Positions 18,245 to 27,490 of a stretch of 64,000 bases of DNA are shown piece by piece. Source of the DNA: Limnochordales bacterium. GTDB lineage: Bacteria; Bacillota; Limnochordia; Limnochordales; ZCTH02-B6. The stretch spans positions 4,331 through 68,330 of the forward strand of contig DATGPV010000018.1 in the NCBI GenBank assembly GCA_035304545.1, read 5' to 3'. Made by a program: the position numbers and the translations under genes. The stretch's first letter is position 1; each line of letters starts with the position of its first letter. The notes under the pieces were generated by a model. The model was given only the letters and a program-made list of their open reading frames with translations. It ran no database searches and was not told where the DNA came from.

Positions 18245-18514
18245 TCAGCCCGCCTGCAGCGCGTTGAGCCGGGCCGCAAGCCGGGCCTTGCGGCGGGAGG
18301 CCTGGTTGGGATGGATGACACCTTTGGCCGCCGCGCGGTCGATCTGGCTGACCGCGTGCCGGAACAGCTCCGTAGCCGTTTGCAGATTGCCTTCGTTGAC
18401 AGCTGCCTGGTACTTGCGGATGGCCGTTTTCATCCGCGACCGGATCATCCGGTTGCGCAGGGTGCGCTTGGCGGTCACCCGCACCCGCTTTTCAGCCGAG
18501 CGCGTGTTGGGCAC
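18245..18514 (-). CDS. rpsT: 30S ribosomal protein S20
   Basis: The start is GTG 18514, 6 nt after GGGAGGT. Translation begins VPNTRSAEKRVRVTAKRTLRNRMIRSRMKTAIRK. The 555-aa track ORF (18245..19912) is an artefactual extension antisense to gpr. Confidence 0.95.
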   Translation of the reverse strand: MPNTRSAEKRVRVTAKRTLRNRMIRSRMKTAIRKYQAAVNEGNLQTATELFRHAVSQIDRAAAKGVIHPNQASRRKARLAARLNALQAG

Positions 18515-18619
18515 GTCGCGACCTCCCTTCTGCCGTGAAGTGAACGCGAACATTGTACCACACATTTTCGCTGGAGGGTATAGGGATTTGCCCCCGGAGG
18601 CAGACTGTGACGGCAGGAG

Positions 18620-19813
18620 GTGGGGCCTTTGGAACTGGGCGCCATCCACACCGAGTGGACCCGCCGCTACCGGACCCGCACCGACCTCGCCTTGGAAGCC
18701 CGGGAGGTGGTGATCCAGCACGAAGGCCCGCCCGAGATCCCCGGGGTCGCGGTGGAGACCGAAGAAACGCCGGTGGGGACCATTTCCCGGGTGGCCATCA
18801 CCACCGAGACCGGGGCGCGGGCCATGGGCAAGCTGCCGGGCCACTACACCACCATCGAGGCGCCGGCCCTGCGCCAGCGGGATCAGGATGCGCTGGAACA
18901 AGTGGCCCAGTTGATCGGACGGGAGCTCCAAGCCTTCCTCACCCGCTGGCAGGTGCCCCTGGACGGGGAGGTGCTGGTGGTGGGCCTCGGCAACTGGAAC
19001 GCGACGCCCGACGCCGTTGGGCCCCGCACCATCCACCACCTGATCGTCACCCGCCACTTCTACTACATGGCGCCGCCGGGAGCCCGCACCGGGGCCCGGC
19101 CCGTGGCCGGCATCTCCCCGGGCGTTTTGGGCATCACCGGGCTGGAGACCGCCGAGATCGTTCAGGGCATCGTTCGCCAAATCCACCCGGCCTTGGTGGT
19201 CTGCATCGACGCCCTCGCGGCCCGCAGTACGGAGCGGCTGGGCACGACCGTCCAGATCGCCGACGCCGGGATCCAGCCCGGTTCGGGCGTGGGCAACAAG
19301 CGGTTTGGCATCACTCGCCAGACCTTGGGCGTGCCCGTCCTGGCCATCGGCGTGCCCACCGTGGTCCACGCGCTGACGGTGGTGGCCGATGGCCTGGAGC
19401 GGATGGCCGCCCACCGCAGCCCGGCGGCAGCGCCGGCCCCGGGCCCGGCGCCCGCGCCTCCAGGGACCGGCCCGGCCGCGGCATCCCCCGGCGGTGCCGC
19501 CCCGGTCCCGGGCGTGCCGCTGCCGGATCCCCGCTGGATCTTCGGTTCGGGCGCCCCGGGTCATCCGCCGGCGGCGGGGTCCGCCGGGGGCCTTTCCCAG
19601 GCTGGGGGACCGCCGCCGGGCCCCCAGCAGCGGGCGGTTCTGGAGGAAGTGCTGGGGCCGTACATGGGCGAGTTGATCATGACGCCAAAAGAGATCGACG
19701 TGCTGGTGGAAGATGTGGCCGAAATGCTGGCCGAAGGGCTCAACCAGGGCCTCCATCCCGACTTGGATTTGAACCGGCTGATCCTGGCCGCCACGGGCGG
19801 GGCGCCAGCGTAG
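18620..19813 (+). CDS. gpr: Germination protease (GPR endopeptidase)
   Basis: VLVVGLGNWNATPDAVGP...GISPGVLGITGLETAEIV...IDALAARSTERLGTTVQIADAGIQPGSGVGNKR...GVPVLAIGVPTVV...MTPKEIDVLVEDVAEMLAEGLN. The likely start is TTG 18629, 8 nt after AGGAGG. Confidence 0.92.
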   Translation: MGPLELGAIHTEWTRRYRTRTDLALEAREVVIQHEGPPEIPGVAVETEETPVGTISRVAITTETGARAMGKLPGHYTTIEAPALRQRDQDALEQVAQLIGRELQAFLTRWQVPLDGEVLVVGLGNWNATPDAVGPRTIHHLIVTRHFYYMAPPGARTGARPVAGISPGVLGITGLETAEIVQGIVRQIHPALVVCIDALAARSTERLGTTVQIADAGIQPGSGVGNKRFGITRQTLGVPVLAIGVPTVVHALTVVADGLERMAAHRSPAAAPAPGPAPAPPGTGPAAASPGGAAPVPGVPLPDPRWIFGSGAPGHPPAAGSAGGLSQAGGPPPGPQQRAVLEEVLGPYMGELIMTPKEIDVLVEDVAEMLAEGLNQGLHPDLDLNRLILAATGGAPA

Positions 19814-19821
19814 CGGCGCCG

Positions 19822-21213
19822 TCAGGGCGCCGGCCCGCCCTCCAACAGGTCTCGCACCACGGCGGCAGCCCACTCCTCGGGCACGGGGCTGTCGGTCCAG
19901 AAGGCTGCCCACTGGGGGGCGGCCCGGTCCCAGAGGGATTCCGCCGCAAACGCGGCCCCCGCGCCGGAGCCCGCGTGCAGCACGTACTCAGCCAGAAATT
20001 GCTTGCTGCGGGCGTCCAGGGGGGCCAGGTCGTGCCAGGCGTGCAAGGTCGCCGGTCGGGCCGGCAAGAGCCCCAGCGTTTCCGCGAGCCAAGTCTCGGT
20101 GCGGGCCGCAAGCCAGCTGGCTAGCTCCATGGCCAGGCGCGTGTGATCATCTCCTTGGTAGGCGTCCTGGCGAAACACGAGGTAGCCGCTGGGTACCGCG
20201 GGCGCGGTTTCCGGGGCGGCGGGGTGGTGGGGGATGGGCACCAGCAGGAACCGACCGGGCCGGCGGCGCAGGACGGCCTGCGCGAGGTGCGGGCCCACCG
20301 GGCCGATGAGCGCCGTCCGGCCGGTGATGAGCCGTTCCAGCCGGGTGCGGCTGGCGGTGGCCGGATCGCCGGGCACGGCTCCGTGCTCCCGGAGGGTTTG
20401 CAGCCAGCGGGCCACCCGCACCAGGGCTTCCTGCAGCCCGGCGACGCCTTCCGGAGGATGGGGCGGGACCGGGGCCCCCGCGTTGAGGACCAGCTCCGCC
20501 AAGGTCGGGACGGACGCGGCGTCCAGCACCAGCGGGTCCGCCACGGCTTCCCGCAGCCGCTCCGCCAGCTGCAGGACGTCGTCCCACGTCCAGCCCCGGA
20601 CCAGCACGGCGTCCACGTCCACGCCGCCGCGAGCCAACAGCTCCGGATCGGCCAGCCAGACCGACCACCATAAGGCTCTCGGCCAGGCCCAGACGGTGCC
20701 GTCGCGGGTCAAGCCGCCGGTGGCCGCGGGGAGAAAGGGCGGCAGCTCGCCGCGGCCGGTCCCGGGGAAATACGGTTCGGCGGGGATCTGGTGGGACGGA
20801 TGCAGGATGAGCCCCGCGGCGGTGCCGTACACATCGGGGGGCCGGCCGGCGGCCACCGCGGCGGCCAGCTGGTCCCGGGCTTGCAGCGGGTCCAGGAGGC
20901 TGTAGCTGACCCGGACGTTGGGCCGCCGCTCCGTAAAGGCCGCCACGGCCTCATCCAGCACCGAACGGTGATCCGCCTCGGCCCAGGGCACGACGATGGC
21001 TTCCTCCCATACGACCAGCTCGTATTGCCGCTGGGGATCGACGCGGGCCTGGGGATCGATGGCGATGCCAGCGGCTTCAAAACGGGGGACCAGCCAGGTC
21101 CGCCAGGCCCAGAAGGCCCCCGCGGCGGCCGCCAACGCGCCCAGGACGATGATGAGGACCGCGCGCCCCCACCGACGCGCCACCGGCGTTCGCCTCCTCC
21201 ACTGGCTAACCAT
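19822..21213 (-). CDS. Membrane-anchored extracellular solute-binding-protein-like protein (ABC SBP family 1-like), orphan
   Basis: 463 aa. The N-terminal TM anchor is RAVLIIVLGALAAAAGAFWAW. The rest resembles sugar-type SBPs in length and composition. No permease or ATPase genes are adjacent. Confidence 0.6.
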   Translation of the reverse strand: MVSQWRRRTPVARRWGRAVLIIVLGALAAAAGAFWAWRTWLVPRFEAAGIAIDPQARVDPQRQYELVVWEEAIVVPWAEADHRSVLDEAVAAFTERRPNVRVSYSLLDPLQARDQLAAAVAAGRPPDVYGTAAGLILHPSHQIPAEPYFPGTGRGELPPFLPAATGGLTRDGTVWAWPRALWWSVWLADPELLARGGVDVDAVLVRGWTWDDVLQLAERLREAVADPLVLDAASVPTLAELVLNAGAPVPPHPPEGVAGLQEALVRVARWLQTLREHGAVPGDPATASRTRLERLITGRTALIGPVGPHLAQAVLRRRPGRFLLVPIPHHPAAPETAPAVPSGYLVFRQDAYQGDDHTRLAMELASWLAARTETWLAETLGLLPARPATLHAWHDLAPLDARSKQFLAEYVLHAGSGAGAAFAAESLWDRAAPQWAAFWTDSPVPEEWAAAVVRDLLEGGPAP

Positions 21214-21222
21214 ACGGTGCGG

Positions 21223-21262
21223 CCCCGGGCTTTATGCCGGGGAGCCGGCATAAAGCCCGGGG
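21223..21262. repeat. Perfect 18-bp inverted repeat in the divergent SBP-like/spoIIP intergenic region
   Basis: CCCCGGGCTTTATGCCGG (21223-21240), loop GGAG, CCGGCATAAAGCCCGGGG (21245-21262). The right arm contains GCATAAA. 15 nt further on is CATAGACT (21270-21277), giving a sigma-E-like -35/-10 pair. Confidence 0.8.
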
Positions 21263-21300
21263 TTCGTCCCATAGACTGGCAGTGGAAAGGGAGGGGAGCC

Positions 21301-22752
21301 GTGCGTCGGATCCGACACGGGAGGCTGCGCTGGCGCCTGCGGATTACTCGCGTCCGGGTCGGGCGGTGGCTGCCCCGGGCCCTCCGCCGGCCCATCCGCA
21401 ACCTGCTGGTTTTTTGGTGCCTCCTATTGGTGGCCCTGGGGCTGGTGGCCGCAGTGGGGCGATACCCAGGCGCCCGCGGCTGGGCGGGGGAGGCCGCGGC
21501 CCGGGCGTGGCAGTCGGCCAGGGCGGCGGCGGGCGAGCTCTTGCCGGGCCTGGTGTCTTGGGCCCAGGCCGGCGGGCGGCTGGCGCCGGCCGCCCTGCGG
21601 GAGGGCCTGCCCAAGGGGGTGTGGGCCGCCGAGACCGAGCCCCCGCCGGCCCCCGGCTGGCGGCAGCAGGTGCAGGCGGTGGTGTACGCCTTGACCCGCT
21701 ACGACCTGCGAAGCCCAGGCGCGATCCTGGCCGCGGGGCTGCCGGGCGGGGGCCAGGGGCTGGGGAGCGCCGGACTGTGGCCGCCGGTGCCCCCGGCGCC
21801 CGGCTCCCGGGGTCGGGTCGTGGTGACCGCCCGGGGTGAACCCTCCCTCGGGTCGCCGCCCGCGCCCCCGGCGCCGGGGCCGGCCTCCTTTGGCGATGTT
21901 GAGCCCCGGCCAGGGGATGGCCGCCCAGGGCCTGCCCTTGGTTCCGGAGCGGCGCCGGGAGCCGCCCCCGTTCCGGTGCCGGACCCCGCGCCCGAGTCCC
22001 GTCCGCAGGCTCCCTTGCGGCCCGGGGATGAGCCCGGCGGGAGCCTCCCCGCGGCGCCCCCGGACCGCGACTGGCGGGCCCGGCTGCGGGCCGCCCAGTG
22101 GAGCGAGGGCTGCCGGGTCCTCATCTACCACACCCACACATCGGAGACGTACCGGACGGGTTCCTTTGCCCCAGCCGACGAAGACGCGTACCACCTTTGG
22201 AACACACCGGAAACGGGCATCGTCGCGGTGGGGCGTGCCATCAAGGCGCGGCTGGAGACGGTCTACGGCATTCCCACCTGCCACTCGACGGCCATCCACG
22301 ACTGGCCGTCCCATCCCCGGGCCTACATCCAGTCCCGGGCCACGGTGCAAGAGCTCTTGGCTCAAAATCCCCAGGTGGAGCTGGTGCTGGACGTGCACCG
22401 GGACGCGCCCGCGGGGCTGGTGGCCACCGTCGCTGGCCGCCGGGCTGCTCAGCTGGCCTTGGTAGTGGGCACCAACACCGCGATGCATCCCGGTTGGCGG
22501 CAAAACCTGGCCTTCGCGGAGGAACTGGGCGCCCGCATCGCGGACCGCTATCCGGGCCTGTTCCGCCGGGTCATCCAGCGGCCCGAATCCCGCCTCAACC
22601 AGGACCTGCACCCCCGGGCGGTGCTGGTGGAAGTGGGCTCGTACCACAACCACCTGGACGAGGCGCTGTTCGCAGCGGAGCTGCTGGCCGATGTGCTGGC
22701 GGAGACGCTGGCGGAGATCCTGGACCGCCGGACGGATGGGACCGTCCGCTAG
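21301..22752 (+). CDS. spoIIP: Stage II sporulation protein P (SpoIIP amidase/endopeptidase)
   Basis: The C-terminal domain reads VLIYHTHTSETYR...ELVLDVHRDA...AQLALVVGTNT...NQDLHPRAVLVEVGSYHN. The start is GTG 21301 after AAAGGGAGGGG, followed by a TM segment (LLVFWCLLLVALGLVAAV). The track ORF from 20791 is an overextension. Confidence 0.9.
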   Translation: MRRIRHGRLRWRLRITRVRVGRWLPRALRRPIRNLLVFWCLLLVALGLVAAVGRYPGARGWAGEAAARAWQSARAAAGELLPGLVSWAQAGGRLAPAALREGLPKGVWAAETEPPPAPGWRQQVQAVVYALTRYDLRSPGAILAAGLPGGGQGLGSAGLWPPVPPAPGSRGRVVVTARGEPSLGSPPAPPAPGPASFGDVEPRPGDGRPGPALGSGAAPGAAPVPVPDPAPESRPQAPLRPGDEPGGSLPAAPPDRDWRARLRAAQWSEGCRVLIYHTHTSETYRTGSFAPADEDAYHLWNTPETGIVAVGRAIKARLETVYGIPTCHSTAIHDWPSHPRAYIQSRATVQELLAQNPQVELVLDVHRDAPAGLVATVAGRRAAQLALVVGTNTAMHPGWRQNLAFAEELGARIADRYPGLFRRVIQRPESRLNQDLHPRAVLVEVGSYHNHLDEALFAAELLADVLAETLAEILDRRTDGTVR

Positions 22753-22764
22753 CGGGCGGCCCGA

Positions 22765-24336
22765 TCAGGACGAGCGGCGGGCCATGCGGCGCAAGGCGTC
22801 CCTGACCAGGGCAAGCTCCTCCATGCGCAGCGCCAGGGCCACCAGCCCGTAGACGGCCACGCCCGCGGCGATGCCCGCCAACACCTGGATCAGGCGGCCG
22901 CTGGTGAGGGCCAGGTCCACCCGGGCACCGGCCGCGGCCGCCGCGGCCCGGGCCGCGGGGAACATGATCGCGGCGGCCAAGGCCGCCCGGGCGCCGGTGC
23001 CCAGCAGGGCGCGGATGTCCAGGCGCCCGCCCAGCCGGGGCCGCAGCAGGACCAGCTGCGCCGTCATCTGCACCAGCGAGGCGATGGAGAAGGCCAGGGC
23101 CAGCCCGCCGTGGGCCAAGTCCGTCCACCGCAGCAGGGCTGCGCTGAGGCCCGTGTTGGTGGCCACGGAAAGGACGCCGATCTTGACCGGCGTCACGGTA
23201 TCCTGCAGGGAGTAGTAGGCCCGGGTCAGCACCTGGACCGAAGAGACGGCAAACACCCCGGCGCCAAAAAACCATAAGGCGTAGGCCGTGGTCGCGGTGT
23301 CCTCGGGGCCAAAGGCGCCCACCTCAAAGAGGAGGCGCACGATGGGTTCGCCCAGGGCCACCAGTCCCGCCGCGGACGGAATGGTGACAAACAGCACCGT
23401 CCGCAGGCCCGTTCCCAAGGTGCGCCCGAACTCCTGCCAGTCGCCCAGGGCCGCCAGACGGGCCATGACGGGGAAAATGACCATGGACATGCCCATGCCG
23501 AACACGCCCAGGGGCAGCTGGACCAGGCGGTTGGCCAGGTTGAGCGCGGTGATGTGGCCTTCGGCAAGGGTGGAGGCCAGGGCGGTGAGGATGATGGTGT
23601 TGAGCTGGACGATGGAGAGCCCGAGGATGGTGGGCCCCATCAGCCGCACCACCTTGCGCAGGCCCGGGTGCCGCCAGTGGGGTTTCCATGGAAACCGGCG
23701 GGCTGCCCAAAGCACAAAGGGGGCCTGGATCAAGAAGTTGCCCACCGCGCCGGCCACGGTGCCCACCGCCATGCCCATAATGCCCATCACCGGGCCCAAA
23801 AGATAGGCGCCCAGGGTGATGGCGATGTTGTAAAAAATGGGGCCGAGGAGCGGGACGGCAAAGCGCTGGTACGCGTTGTGCACGCCCATGCCCACGCCGG
23901 CCAGGGCGGTGAACAAGACGGCCGGGAACATGACGCGCATGAGCAGGACCAAGAGGGCCAGCTGGTCGCCGCCGAAGCCGGGCGCGACCAAGGGCGCAAG
24001 CCACGGCGAAAAGCCTACGCCCAGCACCGTCAGCACCACCAGTCCCAGGCTGACGCCGCTGATGAAGGCGGCCGCCATGCGCCACGCTTCTGCTTCCTGG
24101 CCCCGGGCCAGGTAGCTGCTGAAGACGGGGATGAAGGCCGAGCTGATGGCGCCGCCTACCAGGAGGAAATACATCAGGTCCGGGATGTTGAAGGCGGCCC
24201 GGAAGGCGTCGGTTTCCCAGGTGAGGCCGAACACGTCCGCGATGGCCCGCTCCCGGATGAAACCCAATAGACGCGAGATGAGGATGAGGAGCATGACGGT
24301 GCCGGCGTTGCGGGCGACGGAGCGGGACTGTTGCAT
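22765..24336 (-). CDS. murJ: Lipid II flippase MurJ (MviN)
   Basis: [37 protein letters not shown] is a canonical MurJ N-terminus, and the protein is polytopic. The start is ATG 24336, 6 nt after GGAGGA. Confidence 0.92.
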   Translation of the reverse strand: MQQSRSVARNAGTVMLLILISRLLGFIRERAIADVFGLTWETDAFRAAFNIPDLMYFLLVGGAISSAFIPVFSSYLARGQEAEAWRMAAAFISGVSLGLVVLTVLGVGFSPWLAPLVAPGFGGDQLALLVLLMRVMFPAVLFTALAGVGMGVHNAYQRFAVPLLGPIFYNIAITLGAYLLGPVMGIMGMAVGTVAGAVGNFLIQAPFVLWAARRFPWKPHWRHPGLRKVVRLMGPTILGLSIVQLNTIILTALASTLAEGHITALNLANRLVQLPLGVFGMGMSMVIFPVMARLAALGDWQEFGRTLGTGLRTVLFVTIPSAAGLVALGEPIVRLLFEVGAFGPEDTATTAYALWFFGAGVFAVSSVQVLTRAYYSLQDTVTPVKIGVLSVATNTGLSAALLRWTDLAHGGLALAFSIASLVQMTAQLVLLRPRLGGRLDIRALLGTGARAALAAAIMFPAARAAAAAAGARVDLALTSGRLIQVLAGIAAGVAVYGLVALALRMEELALVRDALRRMARRSS

Positions 24337-24428
24337 GGGCGTTCCTCCAAGGACCCAAAGAGGTGAGCTTCGCCCCTGTCGGCAGGGTGTCCTGGTCGGG
24401 TCCACGATATTTTTGCTATAATGGGTGC

Positions 24429-26225
24429 ATGCATCAGCGGCGGATACGCAACTTCTGCATCATTGCCCACATCGACCACGGCAAGTCGACCTTGGCGGAC
24501 CGTCTCTTGGAGCGGACCGGCGCCCTGTCCCAGCGGGAGATGAAGGACCAGATCCTGGACAGCATGGAGCTGGAGCGGGAACGGGGCATCACCATCAAGC
24601 TGACCCCGGTGCGCATGACCTACCGGGCCCGGGACGGCCAAGAGTACGTTCTCAACCTGATCGATACGCCGGGGCACGTGGACTTCTCCTACGAAGTGTC
24701 CCGCAGCCTGGCCGCCTGCGAAGGGGCCTTGCTGGTGGTGGACGCCAGCCAGGGCGTGGAGGCCCAGACCTTGGCCAACTGCTACCTGGCCCTGAAGCAC
24801 GACCTGGAGATCATCCCGGTCATCAACAAGATCGATCTCCCCAACGCGGACCCCCAGCGGGTGCTCAGGGAGATCGAGGAAACCATCGGCCTCGATCCGG
24901 AGACCGCGCTCCTGGCCAGCGCCAAGACCGGCCAAGGCGTGGACGAGATCCTTGAGGCCATCATCCAGCGGGTGCCGCCGCCCAAGGGCGATCCCGACGC
25001 GCCCTTGCGGGCCTTGATCTTTGACTCCCATTTCGACCCTTACCGCGGCGCCGTGGCCTACGTGCGGGTGGTGGACGGCACCGTGCGGCCCGGGATGACC
25101 ATTCAGATGATGAGCTCGGGCAAGACGTACGAAGTGGACGAAGTGGGCGTGTTTGTCCCGGCCATGACCGCCGTGCCCCAGTTGGCCGCGGGAGAGGTAG
25201 GCTGCATCCTGGCCACCATCAAGAACGTGCGGGACACCCGCATCGGCGACACCATCACCCAAGCGGATCGGCCGGCCGCGGCGCCCTTGCCCGGCTACCA
25301 GCCCGTGAAGCCCATGGTGTTCTGCGGCCTTTATCCGGTGGACAACGACGATTTCGCCGACTTGCGGGACGCCCTGGAGAAGCTGCAGCTCAACGACGCG
25401 GCCCTCACCTTTGAGGCGGAGACGTCCAGCGCCCTGGGGTTTGGGTTTCGCTGCGGGTTTCTTGGCCTTTTGCACATGGAGATCGTCCAGGAGCGGCTGG
25501 AGCGGGAGTTCGGGCTGAACCTCATCACCACCGCGCCCAGCGTGGTCTACCGGGTGACGCTGACCAACGGCCAGGTGGTGGAGGTGGACAACCCGGCCAA
25601 ATTCCCCGAGCAGCAGTACATCGAGCAGGTGGAAGAGCCCTATGTGCGGGCCACCATCATGGCGCCCAGCGACTACGTGGGCCCCGTCATGGAGCTGTGC
25701 CAGGAGCGGCGAGGCGTTTTCATCAACATGGAATACACGACCCCGGAGCGGGTGCAGCTCATCTACGAGCTGCCTTTGAGCGAGATCCTGCTGGACTTCT
25801 TTGACCGGCTCAAGACCCGCACCCGGGGGTACGCTTCGCTGGACTACGAGCTCATTGGCTACCGCCCCGGGGACCTGGTCAAGATGGACATCCTGCTCCA
25901 CGGCGAGCCGGTGGACGCGCTGTCGTGCATCGTGCACCGGGAAAAGGCCTACGCGCGCGGCCGCCAGCTGGCCGAAAAGCTCAAGGAAGTCATTCCCCGG
26001 CAGCTGTTTGAAGTGCCCATCCAGGCCGCCATCGGCCGCAAGATCATCGCCCGGGAAACCGTGCGGGCCCTGCGCAAGGACGTGCTGGCCAAGTGCTACG
26101 GCGGCGACGTCACCCGCAAGCGCAAGCTGCTGGAAAAGCAGAAGGAAGGCAAGAAGCGCATGAAGCAGCTGGGCAGGGTGGAAGTGCCGCAGGAAGCCTT
26201 TATGGCCGTGCTGCGCATCGATTGA
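24429..26225 (+). CDS. lepA: Elongation factor 4 (LepA)
   Basis: [22 protein letters not shown] (G1), DTPGHVDF (G3), NKIDL (G4). The start is ATG 24429. Confidence 0.97.
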   Translation: MHQRRIRNFCIIAHIDHGKSTLADRLLERTGALSQREMKDQILDSMELERERGITIKLTPVRMTYRARDGQEYVLNLIDTPGHVDFSYEVSRSLAACEGALLVVDASQGVEAQTLANCYLALKHDLEIIPVINKIDLPNADPQRVLREIEETIGLDPETALLASAKTGQGVDEILEAIIQRVPPPKGDPDAPLRALIFDSHFDPYRGAVAYVRVVDGTVRPGMTIQMMSSGKTYEVDEVGVFVPAMTAVPQLAAGEVGCILATIKNVRDTRIGDTITQADRPAAAPLPGYQPVKPMVFCGLYPVDNDDFADLRDALEKLQLNDAALTFEAETSSALGFGFRCGFLGLLHMEIVQERLEREFGLNLITTAPSVVYRVTLTNGQVVEVDNPAKFPEQQYIEQVEEPYVRATIMAPSDYVGPVMELCQERRGVFINMEYTTPERVQLIYELPLSEILLDFFDRLKTRTRGYASLDYELIGYRPGDLVKMDILLHGEPVDALSCIVHREKAYARGRQLAEKLKEVIPRQLFEVPIQAAIGRKIIARETVRALRKDVLAKCYGGDVTRKRKLLEKQKEGKKRMKQLGRVEVPQEAFMAVLRID

Positions 26226-26234
26226 AGGGGCCCG

Positions 26235-27386
26235 GTGATGCCCATGCGGGGGCTGTACGTCCACGTTCCCTTCTGCGAAAAGCGGTGCCATTACTGCGAT
26301 TTCAACACGTACCTGCTGCGGGACGGCGGCGTGGAGGAGTACTTGGAGGCGCTGGCCACGGAGGCGGCCCTCTACGCCGCCCAGGAGGACGTGCGGGCAG
26401 CCCCCTTTGATACTCTCTACATTGGCGGCGGCACGCCCACGGCCCTGGGGCCCGCCCAGCTGGAGCGGCTGTTCGCGGCCTTGGCCCCCCTGCCCCTGAA
26501 GCCAGGCGCCGAGGTCACCGTGGAAGCCAACCCGGGCACCTTGACCGACGCGCGCCTCAAGGCCCTGCAAGCCGGCGGCGCCAACCGGATCAGCCTGGGG
26601 GTGCAGTGCCTGGACGACGGGCTGCTCCGGCGGCTAGGGCGCATCCACACGGCGGCCCACGCCCGGGACTGCTTTCGCCGCGCTCGCCAGCTCGGTTTCG
26701 ACAACATCAACATCGACCTCATGTTTGGCCTGCCCGGGCAGGACGGAGCGGCGTGGCGCCGGACGGTGGACGAGATCATCGCCTGGGGGCCCGAGCACAT
26801 CTCCTGCTACAGCCTCATCATCGAGGAGGGCACCCTCTTTGGCGATCTTTACGCCCGGGGGCAGCTCTCCCTGCCCGGCGACGAGGCGGAGCTGGCCATG
26901 TTTCAGTACGCGATGGAGGCCCTGGGCGCCGCGGGCTACGAGCACTACGAGATCTCCAACTGGGCCCGGCCGGGGCGCTCCTCGCAGCACAACCGCATCT
27001 ACTGGCTCAACGGGGAGTGGCTAGGCCTCGGCCCCGGGGCCCATTCCCAGTGGCGGGGCTTCCGCTTTGCCAACGAGCGGCTGCCGCAGGACTACGCCCG
27101 CCGCCTGGCCGCCGGAGAGCTGCCCATCGCGTGGCGGGAGCCTGTGGACGGGGCCACGGCCCAGGAAGACACCGTCATTTTGGGCTTGCGGCTGCGGGAG
27201 GGCGTCGACGGCGAAGCCTTTCGCCGGCGCTTTGGCCAGGGGCTGGACGCGGTGTTCGGGCGGGAAATCGCCCGGCTGCAGGATCTGGGACTGGTGCAGT
27301 GGGACGGCGTCCGCCTGCGCCTGACGGAAAAGGGACTGCCCGTGGCCAACCAGGCCTTCCAGGCCTTTATCCGCGTCCCGGCCTGA
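26235..27386 (+). CDS. hemW: Radical SAM heme chaperone HemW (HemN-like, oxygen-independent coproporphyrinogen oxidase family)
   Basis: LYVHVPFCEKRCHYCDFN carries the CxxxCxxC radical-SAM motif. It sits in the lepA-hemN position. Confidence 0.9.
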   Translation: MMPMRGLYVHVPFCEKRCHYCDFNTYLLRDGGVEEYLEALATEAALYAAQEDVRAAPFDTLYIGGGTPTALGPAQLERLFAALAPLPLKPGAEVTVEANPGTLTDARLKALQAGGANRISLGVQCLDDGLLRRLGRIHTAAHARDCFRRARQLGFDNINIDLMFGLPGQDGAAWRRTVDEIIAWGPEHISCYSLIIEEGTLFGDLYARGQLSLPGDEAELAMFQYAMEALGAAGYEHYEISNWARPGRSSQHNRIYWLNGEWLGLGPGAHSQWRGFRFANERLPQDYARRLAAGELPIAWREPVDGATAQEDTVILGLRLREGVDGEAFRRRFGQGLDAVFGREIARLQDLGLVQWDGVRLRLTEKGLPVANQAFQAFIRVPA

Positions 27387-27436
27387 AGGGCCGGGGCGCA
27401 GGCCGCAGCCGTGGCCGAGCGGCCTGGCCGGCGCCT

Positions 27437-27490
27437 GGGGCTGCGCCGAAGGCTCGGGGCTGCGCTCTAATGCTGGGGGCTGCGCCCTAA
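27437..27490. repeat. Three tandem 19-20 bp direct repeats in the convergent hemW/pyrD intergenic region
   Basis: GGGGCTGCGC recurs at 27437, 27456 and 27476, each followed by a CGAAGG or CTAA(T/G)G-type tail. The third unit overlaps the pyrD stop. Confidence 0.6.

Noticed and set aside
18515-18628. Sigma-F/sigma-G forespore promoter for gpr.
   Set aside because: I could only force partial matches (for example GGAGGGTATAGGGA against GGnnAnAHTR). That is not convincing without TSS data. On the opposite strand an extended -10 (TGgTACAAT) for rpsT is visible.
20791-21300. 170-aa upstream extension of the spoIIP ORF.
   Set aside because: It is antisense to the SBP-like gene. A strong SD plus GTG at 21301, followed by a TM segment, gives a standard SpoIIP architecture.
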